Below are positions 56,683 to 64,000 of a stretch of DNA of 64,000 nt, piece after piece. Source of the DNA: Eledone cirrhosa (Eukaryota); the NCBI GenBank assembly GCA_964016885.1, contig OZ024759.1, positions 33,046,001 through 33,110,000 on the forward strand. Direction: 5' to 3'. Numbering within the stretch: position 1 is the stretch's first letter; each line of letters begins with the position of its first letter. Below the pieces are notes generated by a model that saw nothing but the letters and a program-made list of their open reading frames with translations, was not told the DNA's origin and did no database searches. A program made the translations under genes and the position numbers.

Positions 56683-56768
56683 GTAGGAGGTGAGTTTTAT
56701 TGTAGTACAATAAAACAATGCAGATATCGGATAAGAAGCACTCTACAGTTTGTAGGACTGGAGTATAC

Positions 56769-57113
56769 ATAATATATAAGATCAAAAGATGGTTAAAAGA
56801 GTTCCATGTATTTTATTATGCGCATTTCAAAAACAAATATCATCATGCAATAACATTTGTGTTTTCATCAGATAAAATAGGAGGACATGATATGAAGGTT
56901 AAAAACACTTGTGGATAGTGCAGTTTTAAATCAACATATCAGATATGTTGATTTAAAACTGCACTATCCACAAGTGTGTTTTAAACTTCATATCATGTCT
57001 TCCTATTTTATCTGATGAAAACACAAATGTTATTGCATGATGATATTTGTTTTTGAAATGCGCATAATAAAATACATGGAACTCTTTTAACCATCTTTTG
57101 ATCTTATATATTA
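56769..57113. mobile_element. Family D near-perfect palindrome (~172-bp arms, 1-nt centre at 56941)
   Basis: Arms differ at only a few positions; the ORF track shows the same peptide on both strands. Confidence 0.95.
57004..57074 (+). ncRNA. Complete type I hammerhead ribozyme (mirror copy 56809-56879 on minus)
   Basis: TATTTTAT-CTGATGA(57012)-AAACACAAATGTT..GATATTTGTTTTT-GAAA(57055)TGCGCATA|ATAAAATA; 8-bp perfect stem I, palindromic stem III ATGCGCAT; predicted cleavage after 57066. Confidence 0.85.
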
Positions 57114-57188
<75 letters not shown>

Positions 57189-57247
57189 TTAACTCTGGAT
57201 TGAAAAAGATCAACACAGGCTTAGCTTCATTCTCGTTGGAAAAGGAA

Positions 57248-57560
57248 TGTATGTATATATGTATCTATGTATGTATGTATGTATGTATATGTATGTAAGT
57301 ATATGTAGGTATGTATCTATATGTAGGTGTATGTATGTGTATGTGTATGTATGTATGTATATGTATATATATATGTAGGTGTATGTATATGTAGGTGTAT
57401 GTATATGTATGTGTATGTATATGTATGTGTATATGTATGTATGTGTATATATATGTGTGTATGCATATGTATGTATATGTATGTATATGTAGTTGTATGT
57501 ATATGTGTGTATGTATATGTATGTATGTATGTATATGTATGTATATGTATGTATATATAT
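57248..57560. repeat. (TATG/TATGTG)n microsatellite
   Basis: Direct reading. Confidence 0.95.
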
Positions 57561-58924
57561 AAAGCGACATTGAAATATGTATGAAGAGGTTGGTGTCGGA
57601 GAAGCAAAACGAGAGAAAATGGTGAACAAGATAGTAGAACATTAGAATAACATTCTTCCCAAGAAGACTTCATCGATCGCTAATTAGCAGAATATATAAA
57701 TGTATTCAGTTGCACGTAGGAATATTGGCGCAACATTATCACCAATTTCTCTTCATCTAATCGATTACTAATAGACGAACTAAGAAAATAATGTAAAAAA
57801 ATGTTATATTAATAATTCAATCTTTGTTTTATATATTAGATCATATTTTAAAGTTATCACATCTTTTCTTTAACATATCTTTTTATATTTTATTCATCTC
57901 CGTTACATCAAAAAATGTAAATTTATATAAAGAGATGTAAAATGTGTAAAATAATACAGGGAAAAAAATAAAATAGAACGAAAAATATATATATGTAAAA
58001 AAAAAAAAAAATATTCTCTGTAAATTAAAAACAAGAATAGTACATATCTTAGTTAATTGAAAATATATATAGCAACAGTAGAATAAATATAAAATATTAA
58101 TAACAACTTTAGTAACGAGAAGAACAATTATAGCTGGACATTTATGAGTAATAATTAATGTCTTGTTAATAATATGACAAACTTTTCTGTTAGATATTTT
58201 TCGTTGATCATTAGTGTTTAATGAATGTATGAGTATGAAGTATCAAGAAAAAGTAGAATGAAGCATGATCCTACATTTCAGCAAAATATTCTCGTAAGGT
58301 GAAGATATTTTATCGAAGAAGTCTCCTGGAATTTGTTCTAATTATGAATGAGTGAAACTTTATGAAGCAGATGTAAAACACAAGGGATATTGTTGTTTAA
58401 AAAATTATTTCAAAGAAATTTATCACGAAATTCTGATGATTAATGGCAGTTCTTCTCCCATTGTAACGTCCACCAATTGTAGTTATAGGAACCATAATTT
58501 AAAGTGATTATTTGAAAAGACTAGTAGTTTATACATATGTTTCATCTCGCTATCACCCTAACTGAATATATGTTTACCACGTAAGCCGAAATATAATCCA
58601 TAATAAAACCTGTATAGGATGCTGATAACATATTATACTTCAAAGGGATTCTTTCTCAATGCTCTAAGCTTAAACTATTATTTGCACAGCCATTTTAATT
58701 CTGTCGTCCGTCGAATCAGCCTAAGTCCCCAGTCATCAATGTATTTACGTAATTCACAGTAGAGATGTTTGTCTTTACTTTTGAATATATATTATAATGC
58801 TGAATATGTATTTAAATCATTGTTTTGAACACAAGAGTTATACATTTATAATCCCCTACCTTAGCAACTCAAGATATCACATGGACTGTCAAAAGTGTGT
58901 CTTAAGCAAGAAGGATCGTTAGGT

Positions 58925-59042
58925 TGGTGCTTATCCCTGTTTCAGGGCGTGAAGTGACTGAGAGTACAAGACTTCCCCTGGATAGGACGCCAGTCCATCG
59001 CAAAGTTAAACCCACAGCTATTGTTGGTACTCATTTTCAGCA
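58925..59042 (-). mobile_element. Fragment of another SINE family
   Basis: CCCCTGGATAGGACGCCAGTCCATCGCA..GTTAAACCC...TGGTACTCATTTTCAG, a SINE central-domain-like motif (from memory). Confidence 0.55.
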
Positions 59043-59084
59043 CATGGACAGGGAAACCATTTTATTATATTTTATATAATAAAA

Positions 59085-59273
59085 GGGCGGTGGATTGGCA
59101 ATATCGGTAGAGGGTCTGACGCCATGCTTTGCAGCAAAGAGTTACGGCCCTTTATGGTCTGAGTTCACATCCCGCCGAGGTTAACTTTGCTTTTCATCCT
59201 TACGAGGTCGATAAAATAAAGTACCAGTAATACACTGGGATAATTATCTGGCCTTGTGCCAAAAGTAGAAACA
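59085..59273 (+). mobile_element. SINE, full length, with TSD
   Basis: ATTATATTTTATATAATA at 59064-59081 and 59274-59291. Confidence 0.9.
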
Positions 59274-59449
59274 ATTATATTTTATATAATATAAAAAAGG
59301 AAATATAGTAAAGGATATATTTTCTCTTGAAATAATCGTATAAAGGACCCTTGATAATAGATCCTTGCATTTTGGGCTACCATAGATTTAAAACAACAAC
59401 AATAACAACAAATAACAGATGAAGTAAATATATAGCTAAATAATTTCAT

Positions 59450-59481
<32 letters not shown>

Positions 59482-60184
59482 GAGCAAATCAATAAAAAAA
59501 ATCATAACTTAACGATTCTGGGTACGAAGCAAGCGCAAAATAATATATTTAAAAATATATTGTAAAAACTACATAAAATAACTCTGTTCAGACATTTTAC
59601 AATTATATCATGGACTTGTCTCAGTCATGAGGCCAAGAAATATCTTCATAATTACTCTATTGTAATTTCTGTATTAACTAAATTAGCTTTAATTAGAATT
59701 ATTCATGAGCGTAATCATACTAATTATAAAGTCTATTGAAGAATCGTGGAAGACATTTTGTTTCAATATTATCACTTTGAAAAGGTCGCATTTTGTAAGA
59801 TTTTTTGATTAATCAGATGACATTCAGCTAGAAGAGAATGTAAAGGATAATTTTGTCGTCCATGTAGAATATAGTTTGTTGGTAGATAGCCTGGAGATAG
59901 CCTCTGTAATAGACCACAATTATAGATGACCAGACAGACTGCCAATAGCTGGCACAGGAAAGAATCATGTATTTATAGACATATGCATATGTATGCATAC
60001 AGAATATCATAATATATATATATATACATTTATATATATATATTCCATGTATATATATATTTAAATGCACACATACATATACACATATATTTAAATGCAC
60101 ACCTACATACATACATATATTTAAATGTACACATACATACATACATATATTTATATGCACACATATTTAAATGCACACACACAT

Positions 60185-60217
<33 letters not shown>

Positions 60218-60249
60218 CATTCTTACACAAGAGACAACACTTTCCTTTT

Positions 60250-61030
60250 CTTTACAAGAATGCGTGTGGCGAAGTCGACAAATTAAGGAATTGTAGCCTC
60301 ACTGAGCGATCAAGAATAAAGTAACGTGATAAATGCATATGACAGTCAAGAAATGGTGTACTGCTTGTGATACCACACAGGCTGTGTATAGTCATGTGTT
60401 TAATATTTAGATTACAAGATGGGTTGTAATATCGTATCAACATATAGAAAGCCTAGCTTCGTATGCATAAACAATGGGTGGATAACAGAACTGAATGTAA
60501 AGTAATTAACTAGAAACATTTATTATGTCTTAGAAAGATTGCGCTAATGAGGATGAGATCTTTGAAATTAACTAAAGAATAAACGAACAAAGGTTGAGGA
60601 TTTATGACAGGATTTACGCTACATTAAGTTAGCTAACAGGTTCGGGAGTTGATGTGGTAATGTGGTGTACCTCTCGAAAAAAGCTGACAGAGTTAACATA
60701 AAATGGTGCTGAGAAATGTATCAAGTTTAGATTCCTAACTAGGAAATGGCAGGGTGGGTGTTGTGGGTCCTCATTAACAGTATTTGACAAGTTATCCTAC
60801 AGATGAACACAAATGAAGAATATGTTGGTTAAAATAAGAAGATCATTGACAATAGTTTCCCAATTTGGCTGATATTTTGAGCTGATTCAGCAGTCAACGA
60901 AAATAGATTTTATGTGTTTGGTGGGTGACATTGTTTGGGTTAAGCTGTCAATCATACATTGCTTCTGTGCTTCAGTGGTTCCGTGGTATACAGTAAGTAG
61001 GGAAACATGCTATACGTGGCTCCTGACAAA
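60250..61030. promoter_or_regulatory. Candidate enhancer: cluster of TALE (Meis/Pbx) motifs
   Basis: TGACAG at 60340, 60605 and 60685; TGATTGACAG on minus at 60945-60954; further TGACA at 60785, 60847, 60926 and 61024. Confidence 0.3.
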
Positions 61031-61092
61031 ACTTGGCTATGTGTTTACAAAGATATATATATATATATATAAGTATATATATACACACACAT

Positions 61093-61147
<55 letters not shown>

Positions 61148-61155
61148 CAGACACA

Positions 61156-61199
<44 letters not shown>

Positions 61200-61207
61200 C
61201 AGACACA

Positions 61208-61249
<42 letters not shown>

Positions 61250-61276
61250 CAGACACACGCATATATATATATATAT

Positions 61277-61468
61277 AGGAACAAGTATGACCCCGACGGC
61301 AGAATTCAAGCCGTTTCGACGGCTAATTCAGTCGAGAATTAGCCGTAGAAACGGCTTGAGCTCTGCCGTCGGGGTCATACTTGTTCCTATTACCCACTCT
61401 ACTACCCTAAGTATTGAGTACTTTGGTGCGTTATGGTCCATCTGGTTCCTTACCACATTTCCTTCATT
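61277..61468 (+). mobile_element. Family A fold-back copy, opposite orientation
   Basis: Centre CGGCTAATTC-AGTCGA-GAATTAGCCG; the long arm ends CATTTCCTTCATT|ATATA. Confidence 0.9.
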
Positions 61469-61725
61469 ATATATATAAGTATTTTGGAATCTCATATTTT
61501 CTACTCTATATTGACCATAAGAATTGCCAATGTATATATCTATCAATATTATTCAGTGGTGTTGCTTGAGTATATATATATATATGTGTGTGAGTGTGTG
61601 TACATAAAAGATTGTGTGTGTGTGAACGTGGGTCTGTTTCTACGAGGGAGTGTAGAGACACCATTCTTTAATTGAAATCAGCTCCTACAGTTCAGTTTTC
61701 GCCTATTTCCACGTAATACATACAT

Positions 61726-61828
<103 letters not shown>

Positions 61829-62230
61829 CATACATATATACACATCTCTGTGTGTTGTTTCTTTGTTGTATTCTCATTTCTAATTTGTAGTTTACAAACA
61901 GCAGATCCTGCTGTGAGACGAACATGGAAAATAATTGGATAGGTTTTGAAACATGGATTCTCCACGGAAATGGTGAATATTTTATATATATTCCCTGAAA
62001 GGTAACAATGGTAAAAGGTAGAATGTTTGACAGCGATGGACAACAAAAGGTTCTTTCCCTCTAACTTTCTTTTATATCGCCACCACATTATTGCATTACG
62101 TCTTAGAAATTGTGAAGTAAATAAATGATTTGTTTTGGTGAGTTGTAACATATATCTAACAACATCGCCATTAAACAAAGAACATGTTAGATGACAGAAC
62201 AACATGTAGATAATTAATGTTGGTAAAAAT

Positions 62231-62418
62231 TGTTTCTACTTTTGGGACAAGGCCAGCAATTATCTTAGTGTATTACTGGTACTTTATTTCAGCGACCCCG
62301 TAAGGATGAAAGGCAAAGTTAACCTCGTCGGAATTTGAACTTAGACCATAAAGGGCTGTAAGTCATTGCTGCAAAGCATGGCGGCCGACCCCCTACCGAT
62401 ACTGCCAATCCACCGCCC
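62231..62418 (-). mobile_element. SINE, full length, with TSD; an older copy follows at about 62441-62600
   Basis: TAATGTTGGTAA(A/T)AAT at 62215-62230 and 62419-62434. Confidence 0.9.
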
Positions 62419-62634
62419 TAATGTTGGTAATAATAATAATGGTTTCTGATTTAGGTACAAGCCAGCAATTTTGGTGAGGGGAAAGTCCATTAAACCGACA
62501 CCAGTGCATTACTGGTACTTTATTTTATTGACCCCGTAAGGATGAAATGCAAAGCTACCGTCGGCGGGATTTGAACTCAGAAAGTAAAGGGTCCCAAGTC
62601 AAGTTATACGACATTGTACCGATAATACCAACCG

Positions 62635-62691
<57 letters not shown>

Positions 62692-63423
62692 TATAGATAT
62701 GTGTGTGTGTGTTTGTGTTTGTGTGTGTGTGAATGAATAAGTATGGATAAATTGACTATACATGAACTACTTTCGAGAATGATTGAGTGTGTGTTCATGT
62801 ACGTGTGTGACTTGCTGTGTTTTTGCGTGTGTGTTTACGTATATATGTGTGTATCTGTGTGTGTACCTACAAATATATGTGTGTGTGTACGTGTACATAT
62901 ATTGTTGAAATGACAAAATAGGAATACAAAATCTGTTTATTAATTAATGTAATCATTCTTGGAAAATTGATGAGGGGCGTAAATAGTATTTAATGTTTGC
63001 TATTTAATTAACTTCCCCAGATAACTGAGATCTCAAGGTGTCGGAGGAAGAGTGGAAGAGAAAGAGAACTATTAACTTATCTAACACTTCACTATTGTAA
63101 CGTGTTCCTGAACTTTAATATATTGAAGTGATAAAGCCTATATAGCCACGGCGTCGTGTTGGAAGACGAGATTCCATCTAGCGTGACTCACACCTGCGGC
63201 AAACCAAATCTGTGCCGTTGGTTGTGAGTAGAGTTGCGGTCGTAGGGCCAAGGGCACCAGATGCCTCCACTGCTAGTGTTCTCTTAGTTGTTATTTGCCC
63301 CGCTTTAATATCATTCTTGCAATTAACAGATTTCTATCTAATTACCAAACAGACAAATGGTACCAGGTTGGATATAAAGAATATACATTTGGTTTCCACA
63401 CTACGTCACACTGCTCAATTTCA

Positions 63424-63490
<67 letters not shown>

Positions 63491-63594
63491 CATACATACA
63501 CACAGACATGCATCAGTTACATATAGATGAATATATAGAATATACGTTTTTCTTTATTACTACAGCCAGAAGAGAAAAACTATACGTACACACA

Positions 63595-63850
63595 TACCTG
63601 CCTACCTACCTACATACATACCTACCTACCTACATACCTACCTACCTACCTACATACATATATACCTAACCAACCTACATACATTCATACCTACCTACCC
63701 ACATATATACCTACCTTCCTACCTACCTACCTACCTACCTACCTACCTACATATATACCTACCTACCTACCTACATAAATACCTACCTACCTACCTACCT
63801 ACCTACCTACCTACCTACCTACCTACCTAGCCACCTACATACCTACATAC
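63595..63850. repeat. (CCTA)n tetranucleotide microsatellite
   Basis: Direct reading. Confidence 0.95.
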
Positions 63851-64000
63851 ATTTTTTCTCTTATTTCTTAAAACAGTATTGTTTATTTTCTTAACTACCT
63901 TCCTTGACACGATATTAAACTAAGACATAATCAATACTTGGTAATAATCGTATGATACTTGTTACCTACCTCACCTTGTTTCACTCAGCGTTCTCTCTTT

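Overview
AT-rich, microsatellite-saturated eukaryotic non-coding DNA (intergenic or a very large intron). The SINE/LINE complement looks like an octopod cephalopod; this is recognition from memory, not a database result. I can support no host protein-coding gene: almost every ORF in the track is translated (TA)n/(CA)n/(GA)n/(GTT)n repeat. Recognisable content: a 3' RTE-LINE fragment amplified into a 7 x 99-bp array, a Tx1/L1-clade 3' fragment inside a (TATC)n tract, three copies of an RTE 3' tail encoding a C2H2 finger, about 15 copies or fragments of a tRNA-derived SINE (several with clear target-site duplications), and a very decayed LINE RT. The most striking signal is at least ten distinct families of short (about 100-400 bp) elements, almost all embedded in (TA)n tracts. 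They carry complete or partial type I hammerhead ribozyme (HHR) motifs (CTGANGA-stem II-GAAA-stem III-NUH), most plausibly terminal-repeat remnants of Penelope-like elements or retrozyme-like derivatives. They include complete dimer-type HHRs with compensatory changes between copies, a U3-A8 core variant and HHRs with ~95-100-nt stem II domains. Many copies are fold-back palindromes whose turning point falls repeatedly in or next to HHR stem II. All RNA folds were derived by eye and none was computed.
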